Origin: Gemmatimonadota bacterium
Lineage (GTDB): Bacteria > Gemmatimonadota > Gemmatimonadetes > Palauibacterales > Palauibacteraceae
Direction of reading: 5' to 3'
Assembly (NCBI GenBank): GCA_958295535.1
Contig: OY282356.1
Span: 5,976-69,975, forward strand
Length of the DNA stretch: 64,000 bases
Position 1 is the first letter of the stretch. Each line of letters starts with the position of its first letter. The notes below the pieces were generated by a model. That model worked only from the letters and a program-made list of their open reading frames with translations. It was not told where the DNA came from and searched no databases. Positions 1 to 10,539 of the stretch are shown one piece after another. Made by a program: the position numbers and the translations under genes.

Positions 1-2
1 CG

Positions 3-392
3 GCGCTGGACCGCTTCGCGCGGCTTGTAGAAGCGCAGGGGGGAGATCCGCGCGTGGTGGATGACCCCTCGATTCTCCCCGCGGCGCCGGCGCTCGTGCC
101 TTTCGGCTCGCCCGGCGCCGGGTGGCTGGACATTCACGCGCACCGCCTCGGGCTAGCTTCCGTCGAGCTGGGAGCGGGCCGCCGGCGAGTGGATGACGAC
201 ATCGATCCAGCGGTCGGCTTCGAACTCCACCGGGTGCAGGGCGAGCATGTGGAGGCGGGCGACACGCTCGTCACGATCCACGCCGCGACCGCCGCCGCCG
301 CCGCGACCGCCGCGGAGCGTCTGGCCGGCGCGATCCGGGTATTCGAGGAGCCGCAACCGCAACAACGGCTGATACTGGACAGAATCGCCTAG
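3..392 (+). CDS. Thymidine/pyrimidine-nucleoside phosphorylase, C-terminal part (5'-truncated by window edge)
   Basis: Open frame from window edge. '...LGAGRRRVDDDIDPAVGFELHRVQGEHVEAGDTLVTIHAA' resembles the TP C-terminal domain (LGAGR..D.ID..VG..L....G..V..G..L..I.A). Confidence 0.5.
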   Translation, partial: ALDRFARLVEAQGGDPRVVDDPSILPAAPALVPFGSPGAGWLDIHAHRLGLASVELGAGRRRVDDDIDPAVGFELHRVQGEHVEAGDTLVTIHAATAAAAATAAERLAGAIRVFEEPQPQQRLILDRIA

Positions 393-446
393 CCGGCGGT
401 CGCGGCTACTCGCTGCGCGGGCGAACGGGCCTCCGCGCCGCCGGGC

Positions 447-2609
447 CTAACGGCCGCCCCTGCCTATGTTCCACGGACCGTGCGCATTGCACGGCTCGGT
501 CGGCTCCGTGCCCTCCAGATATATTTCGACGTACACCATCTCCGCCGGGCACCACTGGGTCGAGAGCAGGCCCGTCGTCTCGTCCACCGTCCGTTCGACG
601 AGACCTGCCGGCCGCTCCCAGGCCGGCGGGTGCGGGTGGTTCTCGTAGTAGCGCGCCAACACCGCGGCGCCAACGGGCGCTGCCGTGCCTCCCCCCGTCG
701 CGCCGGCGTAGATGCGCCGGGGGCGGTCGAAGCCGATCCAGGTCGTCGTCACCAAGTCCGGCGTGAAGCCGACGAACCATGCGTTCGCGGACTCGTTCGT
801 GGTCCCCGTCTTTCCGCCGACCGGCACGCTGAAGGGAATCGCGAAGCGAGACCGGACAGCCAGAGTGCCCGTCCCCTGGTCGACGGCGTCGCGCAACATC
901 GACTGGATCACCCAGGCGATGTCCTCGTCCAGCACGCGCTCTCGCTGCACATGGCTCTCCCACAACACGCGGCCATCCCGGCTCTCCACGCGCAGGATGG
1001 GTCTGGGCGCGACCCTTTCGCCGAGGTTCGCGAAGGGGGTATACGCCGCGGCGATGTCGATCGGATACAGGTCGGCCGATCCGATCGCCGCCGACGGCAC
1101 CCGAGGGATCGACGAGCTTATGCCCATGCGCTCGGCCATCTGCGCGAACGACTCCTCGCCCACCCGCTGCCCGAGCTTGACGGCGACCACGTTGATCGAC
1201 AGCGCCAGGGAACGCCTCAGCGTCAGAGGTCCCTTGAAGTCTTCGTCGAAGTTCTTCGGCGAGTAGGGATCTCCGCCCGGGTTCTCCAAATACAGGGGTT
1301 GGTCGTACATGACCTCCGACGCCGGGATTCCGGAGGCGATCGCCGTAGCGTAGACGAACGGCTTGAAGACCGATCCGGGCTGCCGAAGCGACTGGGTCGC
1401 GCGGTTGAACTCGGAGTCGCCGAAGTCGCGCCCGCCGATAAGGGCCCGCACATCGCCCGTGGCCGCGTCGAGCGCGATGAACATCCCCTGCACGTACGGC
1501 ATCTCCCCGCGGGCGCTGGTAAGCTGGCGCAGGCTGTCGGGCGGCCAGGCGCGCACCTCCTCGAAGGCGACCCCCCTGAAGGCCGGGTGCCGGTCCACCC
1601 ACTCCAGCTGCGCCTGCAAAGCGGAATCGGCTGCGGCCTGAAGCTCCGGATCCAATGTGGTGTAGACCCGGAACCCCTTCTCGTAGATGTCCGTGCCGTA
1701 CCGTTCGTAGAGGGTTCGCCGCACCCACTCCGTGAAGTAGGGCGCGATGCGCCGAATCCGAGCGCCCTCGGCTAGTTCCAGCGGGTACGACTTCGCCGCT
1801 TCCGCGTCATCGCGGCTCACGAGCCCCTGCCTCGCCATCAACTCCAGGATGAGATTGCGACGCCCGACCGCTCGGTGGGGCCGCCGAACCGGGTTGTAGC
1901 CGGCCGGATTCCGGGGAATGGCCGCGAGCAACGCCGCTTCCGGCAGGTTGATCTGCGCGGCCGTCTTGCCGAAGTAGCGCTCCGCCGCCGCTTGCACCCC
2001 GTATATTCCGTCGAAGTTGATCTGGTTGAGATACGCTTCGAGGATCTCCGGCTTGCTGTAGGCGCGCTCCAGATTGATCGCGACCCGCATCTCGCGAAGC
2101 TTGCGCCGCACGCTGATGTCCCGGCGGTCTACCGATCCCTGGAACATGTTGCCGGCCAGCTGCTGCGTTATCGAGCTCCCGCCCGCCGCTCCGTAGCCCT
2201 TCGTCAGAAAGTCGAGGAACGCCTTGGTCGTGCGCAGGAGATCGACGCCGCTGTGCGTCCAGAACCGCTTGTCCTCGACCGCCAGGAACGCGTTGTACAC
2301 ATGAGGCGGAAGCTCTTCCATCCGGATCGGCGTGCGGCGCTCGACGGCGAGTTCGGCGACGAGCGAGCCATCCGCCGCGAACAGCTTGGTCGCCTCCTTC
2401 GCCTCGAAGGCGTAGATCTGCGCGATCGAGGGACACTCGTCGCAGAGGTGGGTCCAGCCGCGCCACGCCATGCCGCTGAAGATCCCCGCCGAGCAAAGGA
2501 TCGCGAGCGCGAGCGCTCGCCGAGTCCGCGCGCCAGGACGCCACCGCCGCCTCGCGCCGCGCCGCCTCCCTCGCCCCCGCCTCCGGGTCTTAGTCTTCAT
2601 TGCACCCAC
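447..2609 (-). CDS. mrcA: Class A penicillin-binding protein 1A (transglycosylase/transpeptidase)
   Basis: 720 aa. N-terminal TM segment, glycosyltransferase-51 motifs (EDKRFWTHSGVD, GGSSITQQLA) and a transpeptidase module. Divergent to tyrS. Confidence 0.88.
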   Translation of the reverse strand: MGAMKTKTRRRGRGRRRGARRRWRPGARTRRALALAILCSAGIFSGMAWRGWTHLCDECPSIAQIYAFEAKEATKLFAADGSLVAELAVERRTPIRMEELPPHVYNAFLAVEDKRFWTHSGVDLLRTTKAFLDFLTKGYGAAGGSSITQQLAGNMFQGSVDRRDISVRRKLREMRVAINLERAYSKPEILEAYLNQINFDGIYGVQAAAERYFGKTAAQINLPEAALLAAIPRNPAGYNPVRRPHRAVGRRNLILELMARQGLVSRDDAEAAKSYPLELAEGARIRRIAPYFTEWVRRTLYERYGTDIYEKGFRVYTTLDPELQAAADSALQAQLEWVDRHPAFRGVAFEEVRAWPPDSLRQLTSARGEMPYVQGMFIALDAATGDVRALIGGRDFGDSEFNRATQSLRQPGSVFKPFVYATAIASGIPASEVMYDQPLYLENPGGDPYSPKNFDEDFKGPLTLRRSLALSINVVAVKLGQRVGEESFAQMAERMGISSSIPRVPSAAIGSADLYPIDIAAAYTPFANLGERVAPRPILRVESRDGRVLWESHVQRERVLDEDIAWVIQSMLRDAVDQGTGTLAVRSRFAIPFSVPVGGKTGTTNESANAWFVGFTPDLVTTTWIGFDRPRRIYAGATGGGTAAPVGAAVLARYYENHPHPPAWERPAGLVERTVDETTGLLSTQWCPAEMVYVEIYLEGTEPTEPCNAHGPWNIGRGGR

Positions 2610-2772
2610 ATTGTACCCACGATCGCACTTTAGCCCCCGCTTGGCACGGCTGATCGCTCTCCCTGACAGCCCCGGCGCGCTGCGCCGCGCCCTTCTACTC
2701 TACCCCGCCGGCTGCCGGCAATCCGCTCCGCGCGCGATCCGTGCCGCCGCATCCCCCGCACGACGGAACCTA

Positions 2773-2797
2773 TTATAATCTGCGGCAGATTATAATC
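2773..2797. promoter_or_regulatory. Perfect 25-bp AT-rich palindrome ATTATAAT-CTGCGGCAG-ATTATAAT (TATAAT on both strands) in the PBP1A/tyrS divergent intergenic region
   Basis: Read directly from the sequence. It is the only AT-rich stretch in a ~70% GC intergenic region. Confidence 0.5.
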
Positions 2798-2971
2798 TCC
2801 CGCAGACGGGCCGGGCCTGATCCCCCAGCCCGCAACGGGCGCCCAATGCGCGGCCGGACCATCCGCTCGACGACGACTGGGTCAAACGGCTTGGAGCGGG
2901 ATTTGGCGGGCATCGACCAGCATCGACGACCAGAATCGACCTTGATCAACGGATACCGGACTCGGCCACCT

Positions 2972-4240
2972 ATGTTTCTTCCAGTGCAAGAGCAGCTGCA
3001 GCGAATCCGGGACGGCGCGGACAAGATCATTCCCGAGGACGAGCTGTCTGCAAAGCTGGAGCGCTCGGCAGCCGAGAACCGCCCCCTCGTCGTCAAGCAG
3101 GGCTTCGATCCCACCCGTCCCGATCTTCACATCGGCCACGGCGTTTCCATCCGCAAACTCAGGACGTTCCAGAAGCTGGGCCACCGCGTGGTCTTCGTCA
3201 TGGGCGACTTCACGGCCCGCGTGGGCGATCCTAGCGGGCGCGACGAGACCCGGCCGATGCTCTCGAAGGAGGAGATAGACGGCAACCTAAAAACTTACGA
3301 GGAGCAGGTCTTTCGCATTCTGGACCCGGAGACGACAGAGATTCGGCGGAACAGCGAATGGCTGGCGCCGCTCCGGCTCGCCGACATCCTCCGGCTCGCC
3401 TCTCAGTACACGGTCGCGCGCATGCTGGAACGCGACGACTTCGCGGCCCGTCACCGAGACGGGCGGCCGATCAGCATAGTCGAATTCCTCTACCCGATGA
3501 TGCAGGGATACGACTCGGTCGTCCTGGAAGCCGACGTCGAGCTCGGGGGAAACGACCAGCTCTTCAACCTCTTGCTGGGCCGGACGCTCCAGCAGCGGGC
3601 GGGGCAGGCGCCGCAAGTCTGCCTGATCATGCCGCTCTTGCGAGGGACCGATGGCGCCAGGAAGATGTCCAAGAGCTACGACAACTACATAGGCATGGCG
3701 ATGGCTCCGGAGGAGAGCTTCGGGCGAGCGATGTCCATCCCCGACGCGCTCCTCGACGAATGGCTCCTTCTCGTCTCTACGGCCCGCGGGGAAGATCTTG
3801 CCAACCGCCGCGCGGAGGCCCGCGCCGACCCTCTGGCGGCCAAGCGCTGGCTCGCCGCCGACATCGTGGCGCAGTACGGCGGGTCCGGAGCTGCGGCGAA
3901 GGCGAGCGATGCCTTCGACCGCATCCACAGACGCCGCGAGCCCCCGGAGGAAATTCCGGTTTTCCACCTGACGTTGCCAACGGCGGAGGAGACGGTATGG
4001 ATAGCGCACCTGCTGCGCGCGGCCGGGCTCGCCGACTCTTCATCCGAGGCCGGCAGGCTCATCCAGCAGGGTGCGGTGCGAATCGACGGGGAGGTGGTTC
4101 GCGACAGGGCCTTGCGCACCGGGGCAGGAGAGTATCTAGTACAAAGGGGCAAGAGGCGGTTCGCCCGGATCACGGTGCGGGGCGGTGCGGGCCTGAGCGG
4201 AGAGCTTGGCCGCGCTCCGGGCGGCGGTCCGCGTCGATAG
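2972..4240 (+). CDS. tyrS: Tyrosyl-tRNA synthetase
   Basis: HIGH motif (LHIGHGVS), KMSKS motif, C-terminal S4 domain. The ORF track starts at 2741, but the first Met that fits TyrRS N-termini ([15 protein letters not shown]) is at 2972. Confidence 0.88.
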   Translation: MFLPVQEQLQRIRDGADKIIPEDELSAKLERSAAENRPLVVKQGFDPTRPDLHIGHGVSIRKLRTFQKLGHRVVFVMGDFTARVGDPSGRDETRPMLSKEEIDGNLKTYEEQVFRILDPETTEIRRNSEWLAPLRLADILRLASQYTVARMLERDDFAARHRDGRPISIVEFLYPMMQGYDSVVLEADVELGGNDQLFNLLLGRTLQQRAGQAPQVCLIMPLLRGTDGARKMSKSYDNYIGMAMAPEESFGRAMSIPDALLDEWLLLVSTARGEDLANRRAEARADPLAAKRWLAADIVAQYGGSGAAAKASDAFDRIHRRREPPEEIPVFHLTLPTAEETVWIAHLLRAAGLADSSSEAGRLIQQGAVRIDGEVVRDRALRTGAGEYLVQRGKRRFARITVRGGAGLSGELGRAPGGGPRR

Positions 4241-4548
4241 TCGGGCCGTGGTTTTTTTGGACGGCGCCAGCAGGTCTTGTCAGGCTATGGTCAAGCGATG
4301 TAGGTTATGGTTGTATGAGTGCCGCATTCCCATAAACCAAAGCGAGAAGGTGGCAGAGACCAGAAAGGTGACAGAATAATGACGGAGCCCATGAGGTAAT
4401 CGTAACCCGTGAGGCAATCCGAAACCGTTTTCTCGGCGCATGTGTTATCCGGTCCGGCTGCGCCGAGCGGGGGCGTTCTCTCGGAGATGTTCCTCCGGCA
4501 TATGCTGGGCCGGAGTCGGATCCCATTTACTTAGCGTAGGGGGTGACT

Positions 4549-7500
4549 ATGTTAGTTCATTTGTCAGCGCGGTGGAAGCGTGGCAGCACGCTGGCCGCCG
4601 TTGCGATAGGCGGCTGGCTCTTTATCGGAGCGGCGCCGCTGGCAGCCCAGGGCGCGATCACGGGCACCGTGACCGATGCGGAGTCGCTGCAGCCCGTGGC
4701 GGGCGCGCAAGTGTTCGTCCAGGGTACGGTCATCGGCGGGCTCACGGGCCTCCGGGGCGCCTACCGTCTGGAAGGCGTGCCGGCAGGCGAGCAGACCGTG
4801 CTCGTGCGCCTGATCGGCTACCGCGAGGTGTCGCAGACCGTAACCGTCACGTCTGGCCAAGTTGTCACGGCGGACTTCTCGGTGGAGCAGACAGCTTTAC
4901 GACTGCAAGAACTTGTGGTTACCGGCGTCGTGGGAGAGACCCCGCAAGTAAAGTTGCCATTCACGGTGGATCGTCTGAATGTGGCCGACCTTCCCAACCC
5001 GTCGTCCGACGTCTCGTCGTTGCTCGCAGCACGGTCGGCGGGCGTGTCGGTCATATCCGGAAGCGGCCAGCCCGGCGCCTCGTCGTCGATCCAGCTGCGT
5101 GGCCCGACCTCCTTCAACCGGGGGTCATCTCCTCTGATCGTCATTGACGGCGTTATTTCCGGCGGCTCGCTTTCCGACATCGCGACCCACGATGTGGACC
5201 ACATCGAGATGGTCAAGGGCGCCGCGGCAGCGTCGCTCTATGGCTCTCGCGCTCAGAACGGCGTTATTCAGATAACCACGAAGCGCGGATCGACTCTGCA
5301 GACGAATTCGGTCAACGTCACCGCGCGCGGCGAGTTCGGCATGAGCCAGCTGGTAGGCAATATCGGTCTAGTGCGCTCGCACCCCTTCACGATGAACGAA
5401 GCCCGAACCAAGTTCGTCGACAACGAAGGCAACGAGGTCGACTTCGGCGACTTGAACCGTCCTGGCTTCGGCTCGGCGGTTCTCTACAACCAGATCAAGC
5501 CGGGCACCCCGGCTACGCCTACCACCGCTTTCGCCAACCAGGCGTTTCCGAACGAGCTGTTCGACCACATGGACACGTTCTTCGATCCGGGTCAGACGCT
5601 GGACATCTACGGTTCGGTCACGGGCCGTTTCGGCGAGTCGAGCTACCGGGTCAGCGCCAACCAGTACCAGGAGGCTGGCGTAATCAAGTGCTCGGTGTGC
5701 ATCAGTAACCTTGCCACTCTCAACGCGGACCGCGTCAGCAACGACTTGAGGCCCTTCAACGTTACGCTTCCGCAGGACGACGGGTACAACCGCCAGAATG
5801 TCCGGCTTAACGTCGATACGCGCTTCGGAGATATCGATGTCGCGGCGAGCGGCTTCTATTCGCGCAATCGGCAGGACGACAAGGCAGTCTCGACGGGCGC
5901 CTTCTCGCGCCTCACTTTCATGTCCCCCGCACTCGACCTGACGAAGATCGATCCGACCGACGGTTATCCGGAGATCAACGCGGATCCGCAGTCGATCGAG
6001 CCGAATCCGCTCTATCTGCTGGCTGTGAACACGAGCTACGACAAGCGAACGCGGACGATGGGCGCGGCGGATCTCAACTTCCAGCCTGCGGGAATCGACT
6101 GGTTGACTTTGGAAGCCAACGCCTCGTTCGACCGGACGGACTTCTGGGACACCAGCCTACGGCCAAAGAACGAGAAGGCGGTCGGCGGCGGCGGTTCCGC
6201 CAACTTCACCGGCGGCTCGCTGAGGGAGTTCAACTCCGCCCGCGAGGCGATCAACGCCTCTGCGACGGCGGGGGTCAGCAAGGTGTTCATGGATGGCGCC
6301 GTCACCTTCCGTGCCAAGGCGCGCTACCTGATCGAGAGTCAGGACTACGAGAGCAACGGCGTCTTCGGCTCCGAGTTCTCCGTCCAGGACGTGCCCAACT
6401 TTGCAGCTATCTCGGGCGACCAGGTCGGCAATAACAGCGTCAGCCAAGTCAAGGCCGAGGGTCTATTCGGCATCGTGAGCGCCGATTACAAGGGCCGCTA
6501 TATCGTGGACGGTCTGGTGCGTCGCGACGGTTCCTCGCTCTTCGGGGCCGACGAACGGTGGCAGACGTACTATCGGGGTTCGGTGGCGTGGCGGGTGTCG
6601 CAGGAAGATTTCTGGAACATTGACGCCATCGACGAGATGAAGTTCCGCTTCTCGCTGGGAACCGCCGGGGGACGTCCTGGCTTCAGCTACCAGTACGAGA
6701 CATTTGGCGTTTCGACGGGTTCGATCTTCCCGATCAACCTTGGCAACAGGAATCTCAAGCCCGAGTTCACGACGGAACGCGAGGCAGGTCTCAACTTCGT
6801 GTTCCTGGACAATATTGGTCTCGAGCTGACCTACGCATGGCAGGATACGGAAGGACAGCTTCTTCAGGCTCCGCAGCCCGCCTATGTCGGATTCTCGAGA
6901 CAGTGGCAGAACGCGGGGAAGATCAAGGCTTCCACATACGAGGCATCTCTACGCTACGCGGCTATCGACAACCGCGATGTCGGATTGCAGTTCCGGCTCA
7001 ACTGGGACCGCACGCAGAGCGAGGTCGAGCGGCTGGATATTCCTCCCTTCCAGAGCGGCAACTTCTATTACGCGTCAGGTCGCGTATTCGGCGAGATGTG
7101 GGGCGAGGTCTGGGCCTCCAGCTGCTCTGACCTGACGAACGAATTGACCCAGATGTCCCAGGCGGATTGTGCGGCCAACTTCCAGGTCAACGATGATGGC
7201 TTGCTAGTCTATACGGGTTCCGGGAATGCCTATACCGAGGGATTCAGCAAGGCTCTCTGGGGGACGGAGGGTACGGTGGTCGCCGGCGGAGACTCGACGA
7301 CGTACGCCTGGGGCCTCCCGATCAAGGTGTCGGACTACTCGCCGGTCTGTAAGGCCCAGTATCCCACCGACTATATGGACAAGTGCACGGCCTCGCAGTA
7401 TCTGCCGTTCGGTAACAACACTCCGGACTTCCAGGCTTCGTTCTTCACCACCTTCCGGTACAAGGGCTTCAACTTTAACGGTCTCCTTGAGACACGGGTC

Positions 7501-7893
7501 GGTCACTCGCTCTACAACGCCACGGCGCAGTGGTCGCTACGCGAGCTGCGCGGGGCGGCCGTGGACCAGACCGGAAAGCCCATGGAGCTCAACAAGCCGG
7601 TCGGATACGCCTCGGCTGTCTACTCGGTCAACGCCGACAACAATTGGTTCCGCGAGGATGGCGACTGGGTCAAGATCCGCGAGATGTCTTTGGGCTACAC
7701 GTTGCCGCAGTCGGCCACGGACGGTTTGTTCGGCGGCGTGTTCGACCGCGTCACGTTCAATGTGATCGGGCGCAATCTGCTTACGATCACTGGCTTCACC
7801 GGATATGATCCCGAGGTTCCGCGGTCGGGCGTAGACGGCTACAATTATCCGAACTTCCGGACGTTCACATTCGCTACCGAGCTGGTGTTCTGA
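4549..7893 (+). CDS. SusC/RagA-type TonB-dependent outer membrane receptor (carboxypeptidase-regulatory-like N-domain + plug + barrel)
   Basis: Signal peptide. 'ITGTVTD...QPVAGAQVFVQGT' CarbopepD_reg-like domain, TonB plug, terminal '...ATELVF'. AGGGGG RBS 6 nt upstream of ATG 4549 (the track start 4543 is GTG). Confidence 0.82.
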   Translation: MLVHLSARWKRGSTLAAVAIGGWLFIGAAPLAAQGAITGTVTDAESLQPVAGAQVFVQGTVIGGLTGLRGAYRLEGVPAGEQTVLVRLIGYREVSQTVTVTSGQVVTADFSVEQTALRLQELVVTGVVGETPQVKLPFTVDRLNVADLPNPSSDVSSLLAARSAGVSVISGSGQPGASSSIQLRGPTSFNRGSSPLIVIDGVISGGSLSDIATHDVDHIEMVKGAAAASLYGSRAQNGVIQITTKRGSTLQTNSVNVTARGEFGMSQLVGNIGLVRSHPFTMNEARTKFVDNEGNEVDFGDLNRPGFGSAVLYNQIKPGTPATPTTAFANQAFPNELFDHMDTFFDPGQTLDIYGSVTGRFGESSYRVSANQYQEAGVIKCSVCISNLATLNADRVSNDLRPFNVTLPQDDGYNRQNVRLNVDTRFGDIDVAASGFYSRNRQDDKAVSTGAFSRLTFMSPALDLTKIDPTDGYPEINADPQSIEPNPLYLLAVNTSYDKRTRTMGAADLNFQPAGIDWLTLEANASFDRTDFWDTSLRPKNEKAVGGGGSANFTGGSLREFNSAREAINASATAGVSKVFMDGAVTFRAKARYLIESQDYESNGVFGSEFSVQDVPNFAAISGDQVGNNSVSQVKAEGLFGIVSADYKGRYIVDGLVRRDGSSLFGADERWQTYYRGSVAWRVSQEDFWNIDAIDEMKFRFSLGTAGGRPGFSYQYETFGVSTGSIFPINLGNRNLKPEFTTEREAGLNFVFLDNIGLELTYAWQDTEGQLLQAPQPAYVGFSRQWQNAGKIKASTYEASLRYAAIDNRDVGLQFRLNWDRTQSEVERLDIPPFQSGNFYYASGRVFGEMWGEVWASSCSDLTNELTQMSQADCAANFQVNDDGLLVYTGSGNAYTEGFSKALWGTEGTVVAGGDSTTYAWGLPIKVSDYSPVCKAQYPTDYMDKCTASQYLPFGNNTPDFQASFFTTFRYKGFNFNGLLETRVGHSLYNATAQWSLRELRGAAVDQTGKPMELNKPVGYASAVYSVNADNNWFREDGDWVKIREMSLGYTLPQSATDGLFGGVFDRVTFNVIGRNLLTITGFTGYDPEVPRSGVDGYNYPNFRTFTFATELVF

Positions 7894-8035
7894 TTTAGGA
7901 AACCGATTGGATTTGGGGCTTTGGCCGCCTCCTCCGTTTGCGAGGGGGTGGCCGGGTCCCCCCAATCGCTTTTATAACGTCGGTCTACGAAGTATTCGGA
8001 ACGGAACTAAGTTACTGTTGAGCAATGGAGAAACC

Positions 8036-9787
8036 ATGAGTAGAAAGCTGACACTGCCGGCCTTGGCGTTGGCGCTGACGGTGGGCTTCTCGGGGTGCGA
8101 CCTCCAGGTCGAAAACCCGAACCAGCCTGACCGCTTGCGAGCGTTGGCGGGGCCGGATGATGTGGAGACGCTTATCAAGAGCTCGTTTATGAGGGTATGG
8201 CAAATCGGGCACTACTGGAACAACTCTAACTTCGCGTTCGCCCATATGTCCAATCGCCACACGGCAACCTGGGGCAACATGGGCATGAACGATCTCGGTC
8301 GTCAGCCTCGCGAGGTGCTGCCGAACGTGCCCTCGTACCGGTGGGCTTACGTGTTTTCGGCCAACTGGGGTGACGCATACGCCGGCATCTCGGGGGCGTC
8401 GGACGGGATCCGTGCCATTGACGCCGGCTTGGAGATCGGGCCCGGCGGCGAGCGAAACGCTCGCGCGAAAATATTTGGCCAGATGAACCAGGCGATCCTC
8501 AGCTGCTTGCTGGCGCTCTGGTACGACCAAGCGTTCATCGTCGATGAGACCACCGATTTGGGCGGCGATCTGGAGACCGTCCCCTACGGTCAAGTGTTCG
8601 ACTATGCGATGGCCAAGTTGGATGCCGTCGAATCCGCGGCCAGGGGAGCCACATTCACGCTCGACGACGACTGGGTCAACGGCTTGGAGTGGAGCAATAC
8701 CGAATTGGCCGACTATGTGGTCAAGTGGAAGGCTCGTTGCGCTGCGAATTTGCCGCGGAGCGATGCCGAGGCCGGCAGCGCGAACTGGAGCCAGATCATG
8801 AGCAACGCCGCTTATGATCCCAGCATGAGGGACGCCAACTCTCCGGCCGGCGGGAATGTCGTCGTTACGGGAGAGAACTACCGGACGAGCCCGTGGTGGG
8901 ACGGGCTGAAGAGCCTCATGCAGGAGAACAATACCTGGCACCGGATGCATATGGACTGGATAGGGATGGCGGACCAGAGCGGCGAGTATCAGGATTGGCT
9001 GATGCAGCCGATAGAACAGCGAACGGCGCGCCAACTTACCTTCGGCGAAGACATGAGGTTCCCGCCGACCAATACGAATGACGCGACATCCGATCCCGTG
9101 AGTCCTACCGTGGCATCGGACGGCCCGAGGGTCCGCTACAACTCGACGATCATCTTCCGGCCCGAGCGAGGAACATATCGCCAGTCGCACTATGGAGATA
9201 TGCGATACGACGCATACACGTTGAGCTGCAGCTTCTGCTTTAGCGGTCCCATGGAGCATATGACCGCCCAGGAGATGGACTCGTATATGGCGGAGGGCCA
9301 CTATCGGATGGGGGCTTACGCGATGACCGCGGAAATCGTGAACAGGACTCGCATGGAAGCCGGTCTGCCCCCAGCGCCATCGAACGCCACGGATCCGGTT
9401 CCGACCCGCAACGGGTCGTGCACCCCGAGGAAGCGGTACGATGTGACGGGACGCTGCGGCAATCTCCGCGACGCCATGTGGTTCGAGAAGTTCGAGAACG
9501 TGTTCAACGTGTTCGGAGGGTTGGAGTTCTGGCACGGACGCCGCAACGACATTTTGCCGGTGGGGACGGCTCTGCACTTGCCGATTCCGGCTGCCGATCT
9601 CGAGCTTCTGCTGCGCGACGTCTACACGTTCGGCGGAGTAGGCGGCACCTCGGCGGCTCCAGATCCCACGCCGCTGGTCATTCCTGGCAATCTGGATTCG
9701 GCGCTGGAGCGCGTCAGCTATGCGCTGAGTCGTCTTCAGGAGCGGGATGCGGCGAGCAAGCGGAAGGCTGATTTGGTAGTCCGCTAA
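8036..9787 (+). CDS. SusD/RagB-like outer-membrane lipoprotein (partner of the SusC-like receptor)
   Basis: Immediately downstream of the SusC-like gene. Lipoprotein signal MSRKLTLPALALALTVGFSGC and a ~580 aa Trp/Tyr-rich protein. Family assignment rests on position and architecture. Confidence 0.6.
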   Translation: MSRKLTLPALALALTVGFSGCDLQVENPNQPDRLRALAGPDDVETLIKSSFMRVWQIGHYWNNSNFAFAHMSNRHTATWGNMGMNDLGRQPREVLPNVPSYRWAYVFSANWGDAYAGISGASDGIRAIDAGLEIGPGGERNARAKIFGQMNQAILSCLLALWYDQAFIVDETTDLGGDLETVPYGQVFDYAMAKLDAVESAARGATFTLDDDWVNGLEWSNTELADYVVKWKARCAANLPRSDAEAGSANWSQIMSNAAYDPSMRDANSPAGGNVVVTGENYRTSPWWDGLKSLMQENNTWHRMHMDWIGMADQSGEYQDWLMQPIEQRTARQLTFGEDMRFPPTNTNDATSDPVSPTVASDGPRVRYNSTIIFRPERGTYRQSHYGDMRYDAYTLSCSFCFSGPMEHMTAQEMDSYMAEGHYRMGAYAMTAEIVNRTRMEAGLPPAPSNATDPVPTRNGSCTPRKRYDVTGRCGNLRDAMWFEKFENVFNVFGGLEFWHGRRNDILPVGTALHLPIPAADLELLLRDVYTFGGVGGTSAAPDPTPLVIPGNLDSALERVSYALSRLQERDAASKRKADLVVR

Positions 9788-9864
9788 CCGCGTATGTAAG
9801 ATGGTCTCAACTTTGTGCCAGCCCTTTGCGTGATACGCGCCGAGGGTTGTTGAGACGGCGGGAG

Positions 9865-9906
9865 AGAGGCCGCTGGGGTTGTGTCCCTGGCGGCCTCTCT
9901 TGCTTC
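9865..9906 (+). terminator. Rho-independent-like terminator hairpin after the SusD-like gene
   Basis: gagagaggccgc-[16 nt loop]-gcggcctctct forms an 11-bp GC-rich stem, followed by the T-rich tgcttcatt. Confidence 0.55.
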
Positions 9907-10210
9907 ATTCGGGCGTGGCGGCAGACCTTGGTCACTTCCTGCAAGGAGGTGGCTGCAAGATGCGCTCGCCGGTAGCCTGCGTCCTGGATGCCGTCGGTAA
10001 CCAGCCGCCGCCCTGGGCTGCCGCCGATAATCTGCCTGGGGCTGCGGATGGACCATTGGGCGGCACCCGGTGTAGAAGCAACTTTGACGGCTGGAAAACA
10101 GTCACAATTTCGATCCGAAGCGTTTTTGACGGCTGGAACCGGGCCACCTTGGACCAAACTTGGACCAAGCCACCATGTCGAGACAAAGCAGCGAGACAGC
10201 AGGAGGTCCT

Positions 10211-10438
10211 ATGAAACTCAGGAGCACAAGGCTATTGGCGGCGAGCGCCGTCGTGATCGGATTGGCTGGCGCTTTCAGCGCTGGGTGCAATCTGGAGGTA
10301 GAGTCGACGCTTCTCTCGGGTGACTCGACCGAGATTCCGGATTTTGACGACTCCGGCGACGGCTCATCTGTTGAGCCAAATGTCGTGCCGGTCACTCCGA
10401 CGACCGACCCCTCCACTCCCGCGGCTGACAACTCTTAG
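10211..10438 (+). CDS. Small secreted lipoprotein, hypothetical
   Basis: AGGAGG RBS at 10201-10206. MKLRSTRLLAASAVVIGLAGAFSAGC lipobox, then an Asp/Ser/Thr/Pro-rich tail. Confidence 0.5.
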   Translation: MKLRSTRLLAASAVVIGLAGAFSAGCNLEVESTLLSGDSTEIPDFDDSGDGSSVEPNVVPVTPTTDPSTPAADNS

Positions 10439-10539
10439 AACCAATCGACCCGTGCATTAGCGGGGTGTCTGGACGGCCGCAGCCGAGGCGCCGGGACGGC
10501 CGCAGCCGGCTCGGACATCCCGATTCTCGCTGGCGGGCC

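Noticed and set aside
406-1775. Long ORFs 406..1728(-) and 480..1775(+) overlapping the PBP1A gene
   Set aside because: Arg/Gly/Pro-rich translations typical of wrong-frame reading of high-GC DNA. The PBP1A frame carries clear motifs.
2741-2971. Upstream extension of tyrS from ATG 2741
   Set aside because: The extension is Arg/Pro-rich and unlike TyrRS. It covers the AT-rich palindrome, and the conserved N-terminus begins at Met 2972.
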